The notes: generated by a model not told the origin, from the letters alone. A stretch of 62,744 bases of DNA, filler included, from Chiloscyllium plagiosum (GCF_004010195.1; 6 parts of 2 records of this genome joined end to end with filler, not necessarily neighbours in it), one strand, 5' to 3'. Shown: positions 24,169 to 38,317, numbered from the whole stretch's first letter. Numbers and translations are program-made.

Positions 24169-25880
24169 CACCCACGCCCTCCACCTCCTCCATGACTTTT
24201 GTTTCCCTGGCCCCAATGCCTCATCTTCACCATGGACATCCAGTCCCTGTACACATCCATCTGCCATGGTGAATGCCTCAAAGCCCTCTGCTTCTTCCTC
24301 TCCCGCCAACCCAACCAGTACTCTTCCACATACACACTCAGTCGATTGGCTGAACTGATCCTCACCCTCAACAATTTCTCCTTCCCATCCTCCCATTTCC
24401 TTCAGACCAAAGGGGTAGCTATGGGCACCCACATGGGCCCCAGCTATGCCTGTCTCTTCATCAGGTACGTGGAACTGTGCATTATCTACAGCTACACAGG
24501 CTCCATTCCCCACCTTTTCCTCTGCTACATCAATGACTGTATTGGCGCTACCTCGTGCTCCCAAGAGGAGGTTGAACATTTCATCAACTTCACAAACACA
24601 TTCCACCCTGACCTCAAGTTCACCTGGACCATCTCATACACCTCTTTCCCCTTCCTGGAACTCTTCATCTCCATTTCCAGCCTCTAACTCAACATGGACA
24701 TCCACTACAAACCCACCGACTCCCACTGCTACCTGGACTACAATTTCTCCCACCCTGCCTCCTGTAAAAACACCAGCCCTTATTCCCAATTCCTCCATCG
24801 CCACCTCATCTGCTTCCAGGAGGACCAATTCCACCATAGAGAATCCCAGATGGCCTCCTTCTTCAAAGACTGCAATTTCCCCTCCCACGTGGTTGATGAT
24901 GCCCTCCCCAGTGCATCTCCTCTATCTCCGCCCTTGAATGTATCCCTTCAATCGCAACAACGACAGAACCCTCCTGGTCCTCACCTTCCACCCCACCAAC
25001 CTCCGGAAACACCACGTCACCCTACGCCATTTCCACCAAGTACAAACAGACCCCACCACCAGAGATATATTTCCCTCTCCACCCCTAGCTGCGTTTTGGA
25101 GAGACCATTCCCTCTGTGACTCCTTTGTCAGGTCCATGTCCCCCCACCATCCCATCCTCCCCATCTGCACCTTCTCCTGCCATTGCAAACCTGGGCCCAC
25201 AACCTCCCCCCCTTACCTCTGTCCAGGGCCCCAAAGGTTCCTTCCACATCTGATAGAGGTGTACCTGCACTTCCACACACATTATCTACTGTACCTGTTG
25301 CACACAATGTGGTCTCCTCTACATCGGGGAGACAGAATGCCAACTTGTGGATCGTGGGACACCCGCACTCACCAACCCCTCTGCCCTGTGGCTGAACACT
25401 TTAACTCCCCCTCCCACTCCGTCAAGGACATGCAGGTCCTGGGCCTCCTTCATCGCCAAACCCTAACCACCCAACACTTGGAAGAAGAACCCCTCACCTT
25501 CCGCCTCGGGACTCTGCAATTACACAGGATCAATGTGGATTTCACCCGTTTCCCCATTTCCCCTCCCCCCCATTATCCCAGTCCCAACCCTCCAACTCGA
25601 CATCGCCCTCTTGAACTGTCCTACCCATCCATCGTCTTTCCCATCCTCCACTCTGACCTATCACTTTCACCCCCACCTTCATCTACCTCTCGCATTCCCA
25701 GCTACCTTCTTCCCAACCCCATCCTACCCCTCTCCCATTTATCTCTCAGCCCTCCCGGCCCACAAGCCTCATTCCTGATAAAGGGCTAATGCCTGAAACG
25801 TCGATTCTCCTGCTACTCAAATGCTGCCTGATTTGGCTGTGTTTTTCCAGCATCGCACTCTTTGACTATGATCTCTCACT
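24169..25880 (+). mobile_element. Penelope-like element, degenerate RT plus GIY-YIG endonuclease plus pseudo-LTR
   Basis: MDIQSLYTSI, KGVAMGTHMGPSYACLF, YIND (from YIDD), IIYC..C..CGLLYIGET; decayed hammerhead motif at about 25775. Confidence 0.9.
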
Positions 25881-26937
25881 CACAAACCCACGCTGACTAT
25901 TCCTAGTCAAACCCAGGCTTTCCAAATGCATGTATATCTTATCTCTCAGAATCTTCTCAAGTAATTTACCTAACGCAGATGTTAAACTGACTGGTCTATA
26001 GTTCCCAGGCTTTCCTTTGCAGCCTTACTTGAATCAGGGCACAACATTTGCTACCCTCCAGTCTTCTGGGACCTCACTGGTGGCTAACAATGATGTAAAG
26101 ATATCAACCAGGACCCTCGCAATTTCTTCTCCAGCCTCTTGCAGGGTTCTTGGATGTATCTGGTCAGGACCAGGAGATGTATCCACCTTCACACATTCTA
26201 ATACGTCCAACACCTCCTCCACAGTGATATTGACTGTCCCCAAGATATGACCACTAACTTCCCCAAGTTCTCAAGTCTTCATGTCTTTCTCCACAGGTGA
26301 ACATAGAGGAGAAATATCCATTGCGGACCTCGCCCATCTCCTATGGTTTTCCACACATGGATGTCCACCTTGGTCCTTGAGGGGTCCTATTCTCGCTCTA
26401 GTTATTTTCCTTTCTTCTTGTGGGAGAATCCAGGACCAGGGAGCATCATTTCACAATCTGTGAGTAAGAAGTCACCTATGTCTATTGCAGGAGGGTAGTA
26501 TACAGTAAGTGGCAAAAACCTTAGTAACATCAACATGCAGATGGGTCTCTGCATACAGACCCTGTGTTCCCTAAAGGTGGTGACACAAGTGGATAGATGA
26601 TGAAGAAGGCATATAGCAGTCGGAGCACAGGGGATAAGGATTGGTAACTCATGTTGCAGCTGTATGGAACTTTAGTTCGGCCACACTTGGAATATTGTGT
26701 ACAGTTTTGGTTACCACACTACCAGAAGGATGTGGAGGCTTTGATGATGGTATAGAAATGGTTTACCAGGATGCTGCTTGGTTCAGAGGGTATTAGCCTT
26801 GAGGAGCGCTTGGACAATCCTTGCTTGTTTTTGCTTGAACCTTGGAGACTGAGGGTGTCTGATAGAAGTTTACAAAGTTATGAGAGGAATCGAATGGTTG
26901 ATTGGAGGTTTTTCTTCCCCAGGGTAGAAATGTCATG

Positions 26938-26973
26938 GTTCTGAGGAAGGGTCACCAGACCTGAAACGTTAAC
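26938..26973 (+). ncRNA. minimal hammerhead motif, third family
   Basis: GTT-CTGAGGA-A-GGGTC(ACCA)GACCT-GAAA-CGTT-AAC. Confidence 0.65.
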
Positions 26974-28049
26974 TCTGATTTCTCTTCACAGATGCTGCCA
27001 GACCTGGCAAAAAGGGGACATGAAATAGCTTTGGCAATTAGAGTTAAGGAGAGTCCAAAGGGTTTTTACAAATACATTAAGGACAAAAGGGTAACTAGGG
27101 AGAGAATAGGGAGCCTTTGTGTGGAGCTGCAGAAAATGGAGGAGATACTAAACGAGTATTTTGCATCAATATTTACTGTGGAAAAGAACATGGAAGATAT
27201 AGACTGTAGGGAGGGGGCTGCACAGTGGCTCAGTGGTTAGCACTGCTGCCTCACAGCACCAGGGTCCCAGGTTCAATTCCAGCCTCAGGCGACTGACTGT
27301 GTGGAGTTTGCACATTCTCCCCGTGTCTGCGTGGGTTTCCTCCGGGTGCTCTGGTTTCCTCCCACAGTCCAAAGATGTGCAGGTTCGGGATTGGCCAGGC
27401 TACATTGCCCCATAGTGTTAGGTCAATTAGTCAGAGGGAAATGGGTCTGGGTGGGTTACTCTTCGGAGGGTCGGTGTGGACTGGTTGGGCCAAAGGGCCT
27501 GTTTCCACACTGTAATCTAANNNNNNNNNNNNNNNNNNNNNNNNNNNNNNNNNNNNNNNNNNNNTTAATTAATTAANNNNNNNNNNNNNNNNNNNNNNNN
27601 NNNNNNNNNNNNNNNNNNNNATTAAGGGGGGGTAGGTATAGGACAGATGTTAGGGGTAGGTTCTTTACTCAGCGAGTCATGAGTTCATGGAATGCCCTGC
27701 CAGTAGCAGTGGTGGACTCTCCCTCATTATGGGCATTTAAGCGGGCATTGGATAGGCATATGGAGGATAGTGGGCTAGTGTAGGTTAGGTGGGCTTGGAT
27801 CGGCGCAACATCGAGGGCCGAAGGGCCTGTACTGCGCTGTATTCTTCTATCTATCTATCTATCTATCTAATAGCCACTAAGCACATGCAAACATTGCTTT
27901 GTCATGATGACATATGATCTGAACCACAGAACTAGAGCCTGAGTCTGTAGGGTTCAAAACCTACAATCCTCTCAAACCATCTCTCATTTCTCTGTGTGTT
28001 TCATCCAGCCTGGCAATGTCCACGCCCACTTCATTCAGACCACATCATC

Positions 28050-28456
28050 AACAATCCACTCCCTCCACCACCCACGCTCAGACTGGCACCATATCCATAA
28101 GCATCCACTCCCTCCCCCACCCACACTCAGTAGCAGCAGTGTGTACCATCTACAAGATGCACTGCAGAAACTCACCAAAGACCCTCAGACAGCACCTTCC
28201 AAACCCACAACCACTTCCATCGAGAAGGACAAGGGCAGCAGATACATGGGAACACCACCCCCTGCAAGTTCCCCTCCAAGCCCCTCACCATCCTGACTTG
28301 GAAATATATCGCCGTTCCTTCAGTGTCACTGGGTCAGAATCCTGGAATTCCCTCCCTAAGGGCATTGTGGGTCTACCCACAGCACATGGACTGCAGCGGT
28401 TCAAGAAGGCAGCTCACCCCCACCTTCTCAAGGGGCAACTAGGGACGGGCAATAAA
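28050..28456 (+). mobile_element. 3' end of a second CR1/L2-like LINE family (copies on - at about 10596-11122, 14914-15180, 52940-53208; RT pieces at 43830-44060 and 45580-45940)
   Basis: near-identical dispersed copies ending GGGCAATAAA; PANSRPISLLS and ALDIEAAFNRVWH in the related RT pieces. Confidence 0.7.
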
Positions 28457-28572
28457 TTCCAACACTTTAAAAATACTTCATTGGCTGCGTAGAGCTCTGA
28501 GATATCTGGTGGATGTGGAAATTACTATTACAACCTTAAACCTTCCTTCTGTAAAGATTCCTTCCTGAAATG

Positions 28573-29197
28573 TGTGACAATACAACGGCTTTAAGAGGCG
28601 TATATTGTCCTCTTTTTCATGAAGAAAGGTGAAGACAGTGGTGCTGAGCAGTCCGCTCAAAGCCAATAAAGTAAACAGCTTGTGAAGCCATGGATTCTTT
28701 CTTAAAGTTGGAACAATAAAAGCAGCCTGGGTGGGTGGGGTCAAGCTCCCACAGAACCAGGAACTTTAGTTTTACCTTTTAGCAGTTGCTGCTGGGGTCT
28801 TGAAGCTGAATGTGGAAGCTCTTACTCCTCTCCCTGTTACATTTAAAAACTGGGGCGCTCCCTTCTCGCTGCTCAAATTACATGTGAGACAATCGATATT
28901 ACTGAGTTTGCCTTTGCCAAGCGTGTGTTTATTAGAACAGTTCATCAGTAGTAGTTAATACATATAACTTCTTATTAAGCATTTCAATAGTTACTGTTAA
29001 GCCAATTCTTCCACTTTTTTGTTAGTATTTTAACTATGATGTAAAAATAAAGTCTGGTTTGATTAAAGTCGAGCAGTTTGACCAATCAAATCGCATCTGG
29101 AATGCAATGTCTTACATTTAATTTTAAAATAAGAGAAGGTTAGGGTCAAGGCTATCTCCTTTATATATTTTGAGGGGATTTGATTTGGTCCATATCA
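28573..29197 (+). mobile_element. probable solo LTR (TG...CA)
   Basis: starts TGTGACAA and ends GGTCCATATCA; internal AATAAA; 3' end resembles the reverse complement of 39842-39872. Confidence 0.5.
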
Positions 29198-29267
29198 AAT
29201 AGCTGAGTCCAAGTGGAATTTGATCAATACACTGCTAACATTTCCTTTTCTAACTGTTCCTGCTCAG

Positions 29268-29417
29268 GGCTTTCTCAACCTGTCTTGGAGCCGATTTAAG
29301 CGAGTGACTCTAACACGATCGCTGGCGATCATTCCTACGTTGTTTGTAGCAGTGTTTCAGGACATGTCCAGCCTGTCAGCCATGAACGATATTCTCAACG
29401 TCTTGCAGAGTATTCTG
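29268..29417 (+). CDS. SLC11A1: NRAMP/SLC11 exon ([32 protein letters not shown]...NVLQSIL)
   Basis: 150 nt GT-AG exon; SLC11 family is clear; the QSIL end favours SLC11A1 over SLC11A2 (QSLQ). Confidence 0.85.
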
Positions 29418-32400
29418 GTGAGGGTGGATGAGGCATCTGGTTGGATCTGGCTGATCATCCCAGTGTTGCAACTTAATGAATCAATGTGGTACAGGAGACT
29501 GGTTTCATTACCATTGTACATCCTCTGTGCACACAAACCTGCAACAGAATCATATCACTCAAACTCGAGTCAGGACAGCAGTAACAGACTAAACACTTCA
29601 AAGTTTGTGCGAAGATTTGTAGCTCGGGTGCTCGTTGTTGTGGTTCTGTTCACCGAGCTGGGAATTTGTGTTGCAGATGTTTCGTCCCCTGTCTAGGTGA
29701 CATCCTCAGTGCTTGGGAGCCTCCTGTGAAGCGCTTCTGTGATCTTTCCTCCGGCATTTGTTGTGGTCATTTATTTCCTGTGAGACTGTAGCCCTGTGTT
29801 CTGGATGCCCAGGCAGGGGGAGATTACCTTTCAGTGTTGAGCCCCTTTTCAATCTTGTATGTTTCAATCTGATTACTCTTTTGAGGTAGGAACACCTTAG
29901 CCATCTAAAGACAATGGGCCTAGTGTCAGGAAATTGGATTAATGTAGATAGTTGTTTGATGGGTACGGATGCAGTGGGCTGAAGGGCTTTTTGCTATCCT
30001 GTACTACTCCATGATTGTATAACCTCTCATTCTTCCAAGCGCTTTGAGTGTAGGAGGCAATTTGCACAGCTTCTCACAACAAGCTCCTTTTGGCCAGTGA
30101 CTGTACTATAAGTAATGTTTCCTGTTATTGATATTTTGCATAGGAAAACAAAAACTCAGTTTCTTTTGAAATGCCCATAATTTTGAGATTTGATATGGTG
30201 ACTTTTAATTATAAAGCCATCTGTTCACATTTGTCTATTTTAAGCCTGGTTCAAAATGATGAAATCCTTGCTCCGTGAAGGAAGGTCTCAGACATGCTAC
30301 CTAATTTTGTTTTTAAACAATCTTTACCAGATCATCATCTTTCCATTACATCATTAAAAGGAAATAAACATACCACAAAATAGGCTTCTGCAGATTGTAT
30401 TCCCAGCCTGTCTTGGAGTATGTGAAGGTCTGACATGTTTAGCCATTTGGGCTGCAAACTGTTTATTTTTAAATACATGTTTCCCAGAGGATGCATGAAA
30501 TGGACCAGATATTCAGACCTAAAATGACTCCTGAGTTCTTATTAATGCAGTTCAGGCTATGACTCTGATAGGAGCTTAAACTGTCTGAAAATATTTTGTT
30601 CCTCTTTTTAAAAGATCTAAAGACTCTTTCCTGACTAATTTGTTGAGAAACTGCTGTCATAGTAAATTGTCCCAGCAGTTAGCTTGAGTTGATTTGTACC
30701 ATTGAGGGGAAAGTGAGATCTGCAGATGCTGGAGATCAGAGCTGAAAATGTGTTGCTGGAAAAGCGCAGCAGGTCAGGCAGCATCCAGGGAACAGGAGAA
30801 TCGACNNNNNNNNNNNNNNNNNNNNNNNNNNNNNNNNNNNNNNNNNNNNNNNNNNNNNNNNNNNNNNNNNNNNNNNNNNNNNNNNNNNNNNNNNNNNNNN
30901 NNNNNNNNNNNNNNNNNNNNNNNNNNNNNNNNNNNNNNNNNNNNNNNNNNNNNNNNNNNNNNNNNNNNNNNNNNNNNNNNNNNNNNNNNNNNNNNNNNNN
31001 NNNNNNNNNNNNNNNNNCCCACCCCCCCACACACACACACCAGCTCCTGGCCTGGGCACACTTTGCTGATCTTTATCTTATTCCCTAATTATAGTTCATG
31101 GGGTACGGACATCACTGGCTGCACGAGTAATTATAGCCCATCACCGAGGGCAACTGACAGTCAACCACATGGGAAACTCTGCTCACTTTATTTTGAGCGA
31201 TGTGATTTGGAATCCTCTTACCAGACTCCAGTACAATTTGAGGGAGCTTCAGTTTAATATCCAATTGAAGAGCTTGGGGCAGGGACCTGTGACAGTGTGA
31301 CTCTCCCTCAGAACTGCACTGAATTTAAAATTTGAGCCAAAGTTACAAAATGAATTATCTTCTGACCTGACCTGACTTGACCTGCTAATTACCGTTCGGG
31401 GGAAAACTTGCAGACAATTAGAGTCACAGAGTTACAGAACTGGACAGCACGGAAACAGACCCTTCAGTCTAACCTGTCCACGCCAACTAGATATCCCAAC
31501 CTAATCTAGTCCCATTTGCCAGCACCCGGCCTATATCCCTCTAAACCCCTCCCATTCATTTACTCATCCAGATGCCTTTTAAATATTGTAACTGCACCAA
31601 TTTCCTTCACTTCCTCTGGCAGCTCATTCCATACACATTCCTCGATGTTGTGCCGACCTGTGGAACCAATCTGAAGCCCATCTAACCTACACTATCCCAT
31701 TCTCATCCATATGTTTATCCAATGACCATTTAAATGCCCCTAAAGTTGGTGAGCCTACTACTGTTGCAGGCAGTGTGTTCCACACCCCTACTACTCTCTG
31801 AGTAAAGAAACTATCCCTGACATTTGTCCTATATCTATCACCCCTCAATTTAAAGCTGTGTCCCCTCGTGCTAGCCATCACCATCCAAGAAAAAGATTCT
31901 CATTGTCCACTCTATCTAACCCTCTGATCATGAAATTAGATTCCCTACAATGTGGAAACAGGCCCTTCAGCCCAACAAGTCCACACCGACCCTCTGAAGA
32001 GTAACCCACCCAAACTCATTTCATTCTGACTAATGTACCTAACACTATGGGCAATTTAGCATGGCCAATTCACCTGAGTCTGGACTGTGGGAGGAAGCCA
32101 GTGCACCCAGAGGAAACCCACGCAGACAGTCACCCGAGACTGGAATTGAACCTGGATCCCTGGTGCTGTGAAGCAGCACTGCTAACCACTGAGCCACCGT
32201 GCTGCCCCTTGTATGTCTCTTGTATCTTATATGTCTCTATTAAGTTACCTCTCAACCTTCTTCTCTCCAACAAAAACAGCCTCAAGTCCCTCAGCCTTTC
32301 CCCATAAGACCTCCCCTCCATACCAGGCAACATCCCAGTAAATCTCCTCTGAACCCTTTCCAAAGCTTCCACATGCTTCTTATAACGCAGTGACCAGAAC

Positions 32401-32844
32401 TGTACACAATACTCCAAGTGCGACCGCACCAGAGTTTTGTACAGCTGCAGCATGATCTCGTGGCTCTGAAACTCAGTCCCTTTACCAATAAAAGCTAACA
32501 CACTGTATGCCTCTTTAATGACCCTATCAACCTGGGTGGCAACTTTCAGGGGTGTATGAATACTGACGTCTCATCTGACAGACATATTGATGAGTGCAGC
32601 ATTTGCTCTATACCACCTTGAGAGTCTCAGCCACGATTATGTGTGGTCCGTTTGTCTAAAGGCATATGAGGTTTTAAGAACTGCACCTTGCTTCATTCTG
32701 AGAATATACGAAATGGGGGGGGGGGGGGGGGGAGACAATGGACTAGTGATCTTATCATGAGACAAGTATTCTGAGGACACATGTAATGTTCTGGATCCTG
32801 GGTTCAAATCCCACCATGGTAATTTGAATTCCACAAAAATTCAG

Positions 32845-33376
32845 AATATGAGGGAGATACTAAATGAATATTTTGCATCAGTATTTACTGTGGAAAAGGA
32901 TATGGAAGATATAGACTGTAGAGAAATAGATGGTGACATCTTGCAAAATGTCCTGGTTACAGAGGAGGAAGTGCTGGTGCCTTGAAACGGTTAAAAGTGG
33001 ATAAATCCCCAGGACTTGATCAGGTGTACCTGAGAATTCTATGGGAAGCTAGAGAAGTGATTGCTGGGCCTCTCGCTGAGATATTTGTATCATCGATAGT
33101 CACAGGTGAGGTGCCTGAACGCTGGAGGTTGGCAAACGTGGTGCCACCATTTAAGAAGGGCAGTAAAGACAAGCCAGGGAACTATAGACCAGTGAGCCTG
33201 ACCTTGGTGGTGGGCAAGTTGTTGGAGGGAATCCTGAGGGACAGGATGTACATGTATTTGGAAAGGCAAGGACTGATTCGGGATAACCAACATGGCTTTG
33301 TGCATGGGAAATCATGTCTCACAAACTTGAATGAGTTTTTTGAAGAAGTAACAAAGAAGATTGATGAGGGCAGAAT
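32845..33376 (+). mobile_element. CR1 LINE ORF2 fragment
   Basis: WRLANVVP.FKKG...GNYRPVSLT, QHGFVHGKSCLTNL. Confidence 0.88.
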
Positions 33377-34552
33377 CTTTAAACACTTCCGCCAACTCCA
33401 AATAGACCCCACCACCGAGAACATTTTCTCCTCCCACTCCTCTCTGCCTTCTCCAAGGACCGATCCCTCCGATAGTCCTTGGTTACACTAGATTCCCCAC
33501 AGTGTGGAAACAGGCCATTCGGCCCAACCAGTCCGCACCGACCCTCCGAAGATGACCCACCCAGACCCATTTCCCTCTGACTGATCCACCTAATACTACG
33601 GGCAATTTAGCATGGCCAATTCGTCCAACCTGCACATCCTTTGGACTGTGGGAGGAAACCGGAGCACCCGGAGGAAACCCACGCAGACGCAGGGAGAATG
33701 TGCAAACTCCACACAGACAGTTGCCCAAGGCTGGAATCGAACTTGGGATCCTGGTGCTGTGAGGCAGCAATGCTAACTACTGAGCCACCGTGCCGCCCCT
33801 TTTACACTACCCCCGCCACCAAACCCCAGGTACCTTCCCTTGCAACTAGAAAGGAGGCAAAACCTGCTAGTACACCAACCCCCCTCACCTCCATCCAGGG
33901 CCCCAACAGTTCTTCTAGGTGAGACAGAGGTTCACCTGCCTCTCCTCCAACCTAGTTTACTGCACCAGGTGGTCCCGGTATGGTCATCTCTACATCGGGG
34001 AGACCAAACGTGAACTTTGGGAATGGCTCACCGAGCATTTCAACCGGGTCTTCAGGGGCTAACTGGACCTCCCAGTCAACGCCCATTTCAATTCCTCCAA
34101 CCACTCCCTTCCTGACATGACCATCCTTGGCCTCTACCATTGCCAATACAAAGCACAGTTCCTATTGGAGGAACAACACCTTATTTTTCACCTGGGCACC
34201 CTACAGCCCAGAGGACTCAACATTGACTTCAGCAATTTCAAATAACCTCCCTCCCCATCCCCGACTCCCTTCCCAGTCCCTCCCCCTCCCTGCCACTCCT
34301 CCCAGCCACCAGCCAGATTCATTCCTCCCATTTGTCGTACCCTCCACCTGTCTTCACTTATCCCCACTTCATCACCCTGCCCCCTGCCTCCCCCTTTATC
34401 TGCAGCTCCCCACAGACCCACCCCCAGTCCTGAAGAAGGGTTACACCCTAAACGTCGACTTTTGTACCTCCTGATGCTGCCTGGCTTGTTGTGTTCTTCC
34501 AGTCTCCTGCCTGTCTACTGTGGATTCCAGCATCTGCAGTGTTTTTGTCTCC
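33377..34552 (+). mobile_element. Penelope-like 3' fragment (GIY-YIG, pseudo-LTR) with an HE1 SINE nested inside
   Basis: LQIDPTTENIF, LYIGETK; decayed hammerhead motif at 34427-34459. Confidence 0.82.
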
Positions 34553-36131
34553 AATGAAGTAAGAAAATCCATGCAATTAGTGACTGATGCCACCTCTTCC
34601 TTTTATGACTGTGGACTTATAAACTCTCAACACCAGAATCAGTGTTTGACAATTCCATGTGTTTAACCTGGGTGGAGGGTTGCACTCAAGTTTAGAATAG
34701 AATCACGTGAATCAAATTAACCCTCGAAACAGATCAGTCCATTTTTACCTTGATCTCCAGGCACCTAGTGTGTCTTCCTCTGCCTCCTTATTAAACGAGT
34801 CCTCTGTGCACTTTGTTCAAAGGCCACTGCCTCGCAGATTTCAGCTGTGTAATATATTTTTCTGTATTAATTTCTCTAGTTCAACAAACCTTTTAAATAA
34901 AAAACTTCCAAGTTGAATTTTCCAGGCAGAGATGTTTCGAAGATTTTCCCAGCAGTTCATCTTTTAAGTATGATCAGTCAAGAAAGTGGCCAATAGGTTT
35001 GTCTAGAGTGACCAGAAGATCATAAGTTGGTCAGAATCAATCAGTTTTTAAAAACCTGACCAAGAGCTGATTTGATCCATTACTTTCCAGCTACTTAGAA
35101 AGGAAAATATTTTGTAAATCAAAGTGACATCATTTTGGAACAGAGTGTTTGCATTCAACTTACAGACGAGGTGTGGTGGTCTCGTAGTCTTATGTGCAAT
35201 GAATTTGCAACATGTTTTTTTGCATGGATCAAGTGTTTCTCAGATATCTTCAGACACCAATATCTGTGGCTTGTGGGTGTGGCTGCATATTGCATTCTGA
35301 CTGATGTTTTTGCACATCTCATTCACCGGTCAGTTAAACCTTGTCACTAGTGGGTATCCTGGCTTGAGGATTAATGATTATACTCTAAGTTAGTCATTAG
35401 AAACTCTAGGAATTTTTGAAATTTTGAATTATTTGGCACAGAGGTGGGTGTGAAATTTTGCACCATTAGCAAATGTGCTGGGGGCTCCTTGCATCATTCC
35501 ACCAACGAGTTTCCCAGAGGTAGGGTTGGGTCGAGGAGGTCTCCCTGTCCACAAGCAGGGAGGAGCCAATTCAATGAAGTGAATGGGTCGTTAAGGTCAA
35601 TGAAGAGGCATTTCCCAGACAGTCTCACTCCCTAGCACCCAGCAACCTCCCAGCCAGGCTTCAGGATCTAGGCAATCTTTGAAGTCTTTGAACAGGATGG
35701 CACAGTGGCTCAGTGGTTAGCATTACTGCCCCACAGTACCAGGGGCAGTCTCAGGCGACTATCTGTGTGGAGTTTGTATGTTCTCCCTGTTGGTTTCTTC
35801 CAAGTGCTCTGGTTTCCTCCCTAAGTCCAAAGATGTGCAGGTTAGGTGGATTGGCCATGTTAAATTGCCCATTGTGTTCAGGGGTGTGCAGTCTAGGTGG
35901 ATTAGCCATGGGAAATGTAGAGTTACAAGGATGGGGGTAGGTCTGGGTGGGATGCTTTTCAGAAGGTCACTGCAGTCCCAGTAGGTCAAATGGCCTTTTT
36001 CTGCACTGTAGGGATTGTATGATTCAATCTGTGTGGCCTATCTGGGTGGTCCCAGGCCAAAAACTATGGCCTTTTTTTAAAATCTAGATGTCCTAAATGT
36101 TGCTCATGATGGAAGCATCGTCTCTGTCTCT

Positions 36132-36264
36132 TACACACACACACATTCACACACACACTCACACACAGACACACACACATTCACACACAGACACACACAC
36201 ATTCACACACACACTTGCATACACACAGACACACACACACATGCACACGCGCACACACACACAC
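36132..36264. repeat. imperfect (CA)n microsatellite
   Basis: read directly. Confidence 0.95.
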
Positions 36265-36376
36265 GGGCGCTGATCAGGCCTCGCGTTCATGTTAAAATCA
36301 AACGACTCACAGAATGGTGACCTTTTTGTATGCTGTCAGTCTCTGCTCTAATGTCATTTCCCTGCTCTTTCCACAG

Positions 36377-36450
36377 CTCCCATTTGCTCTCATCCCAATC
36401 CTGACCTTCACCAGCCTCAGGTCATTAATGCAACAGTTCACCAATGGAGT
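36377..36450 (+). CDS. SLC11A1: NRAMP/SLC11 exon (LPFALIPILTFTSLRSLMQQFTNGV)
   Basis: 74 nt; ccacag acceptor and gtaagt donor; canonical LPFALIPILTFTS. Confidence 0.88.
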
Positions 36451-36524
36451 GTAAGTAATCCGACAGCAATCACCACCACGGGTAAAGTTCCCTCTACTCT
36501 TTTCACCTGAAAGTATAGCATTTT

Positions 36525-36915
36525 CTACAATGTCCTCATCAAACACTCCCAGGTCAGGGACCGTACGGGGTTAGTTACAGAGTAAAGCTTCCTATACACT
36601 GTCCCCCATCAGACACTCCCAGGACAGGGACAGCACAGGGTTAGATACAGGGTAAAGCTCCCTCTACACTGTCCCCATCAAACACTCCCAGAACAGGGAC
36701 AGCACGGGGTTAGATACAGAGTAAAGCTCCCTCTACACTGTCCCCATCAAATGGTCCCAGGATAGGGACAGCACGGGGTTAGATACAGAGTAAAGCTCCC
36801 TCTACACTGTCCCCATCAAATGGTCCCAGGATAGGGACAGTACAGGGTTAGATACAGAGTAAAGCTCCCTCTACACTGTTCCCCATCAAATGGTCCCAGG
36901 TCAGGGACAGCGTGG
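36525..36915. repeat. 67-68-bp minisatellite, left half (about 6 copies)
   Basis: unit GGGACAGCACGGGGTTAGATACAGAGTAAAGCTCCCTCTACACTGTCCCCATCAAACACTCCCAGGACA. Confidence 0.92.
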
Positions 36916-36916
36916 A

Positions 36917-38317
36917 ACAAAGAACAAAAAACATTGCAGCCCAGGAACAGGCCCTTCAGCACTCTGAGCCTGCGCCGATCCAGATCCTCGATCTAAACCT
37001 GTCGCTTATTTTCTATGGATCTGTATCCCTCTGCTTCCTGCCCATTCATGTATCTGTCTAGATACATCTTAAATGACACTATCGTTCCTGCTCCTACCAC
37101 CTCCATGGGCAAAGTTTTCTAGGCTCCCACCACCCTCTGTGTAAAGAACTTTCCACACATATCTCTCCTAAATGTTTCCTCTCTTACTTTTAAATCATGA
37201 CCCCTAGTAATTGAGTCCCCCACTCTGGGAGAAAATTTCTTGCTATCCACCCTGTTCATATTTCTCATGATCTTGTAGCCCTCAATCAGGTCCCCCTCAA
37301 CCTCCATCTTTCCAATGAAAATAATCCTAACCTACTCAACCTCTCCTCATAGCCTCCATACCAGGCAACATCCTGGTGAACCTCCTCTGCACCCTCCCCA
37401 AAGCATCCACATCCTTTTGGTAATGTGGTGACCAGAACTGTACACAGTATTCTAAATGTGGCCGAACCAACGTCCTATGCAACTGTAACATGACCTGCCA
37501 ACTCTTGTACTCAATACCCCGTCCGATGAAGCAAAGCATGCCGTATGCCTTCTTGACCACTTTACTGACCTGCGTTACCACTGTCAGCGAACAATGGACC
37601 TGAACACCCAGATCTCTCCGTACATCAGTTTTCCCCAGGACTTTTCCATTCACTGTATAGTTCGTTCTTGGTTTGGACCTTCCAAAATGCATCACCTTGC
37701 ATATCACAATCAACAGTGACCCCATCATGGATCCTTGTGAGACATCACTGATCACAGGTCTCCATTTTGAGAAGCTCCCTTCCACTCCTACTCTCTGTCT
37801 CCTGCTGCCCGGCCAGTTCTTTATCGATCTAGCCAGAACACCCTGGATCCCATGCGACTTCACTTCCTCCAGCAGCCTACCATGGGGAACCTTATCAAAC
37901 ACCTACTGGAGTCCATGTATATGATATCTATAGCCCTTCCCCCATCAATCAACTTTGTCACTTCCTCAAAGAATTCTATAAAGTTGATAAGACATGGCCT
38001 TCCCTGCACAAAACCCTGTTGACTATCACTGATAAGCCCATTTTCTTCCAAATGGGAATATACCCGGTCCCTCAGTATCTTCTCCAGCAGCTTCCCTACC
38101 ATTGACATCAAGCTCACAGGTCGAATTTATGTGGATTATCCCTGCTACCCTTCTTAAACAAGGGGACAACATTAGCAATTCTTCAATTCTCTGGGACCTC
38201 ACCCGTGTTCAAGGATACTGCAAAGATATCTGTTAAGGCCCCAGCTATTTCCTCTCTCACTTCCCTCAGTAGCCTTGGATAGACCCCATCTGGACCTGGG
38301 GACTTGTCCACCTTAAA
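36917..38317 (-). mobile_element. CR1 LINE inserted into the minisatellite
   Basis: [24 protein letters not shown], (TTCTTTG)-type tail. Confidence 0.88.

Noticed and set aside
24199..25789. Active or domesticated Penelope reverse transcriptase
   Set aside because: Stops and frameshifts, the catalytic YIDD reads YIND, and the 5' end is truncated
27214..27290. tRNA gene
   Set aside because: A/B boxes belong to a SINE head that continues into the V-domain and LINE tail
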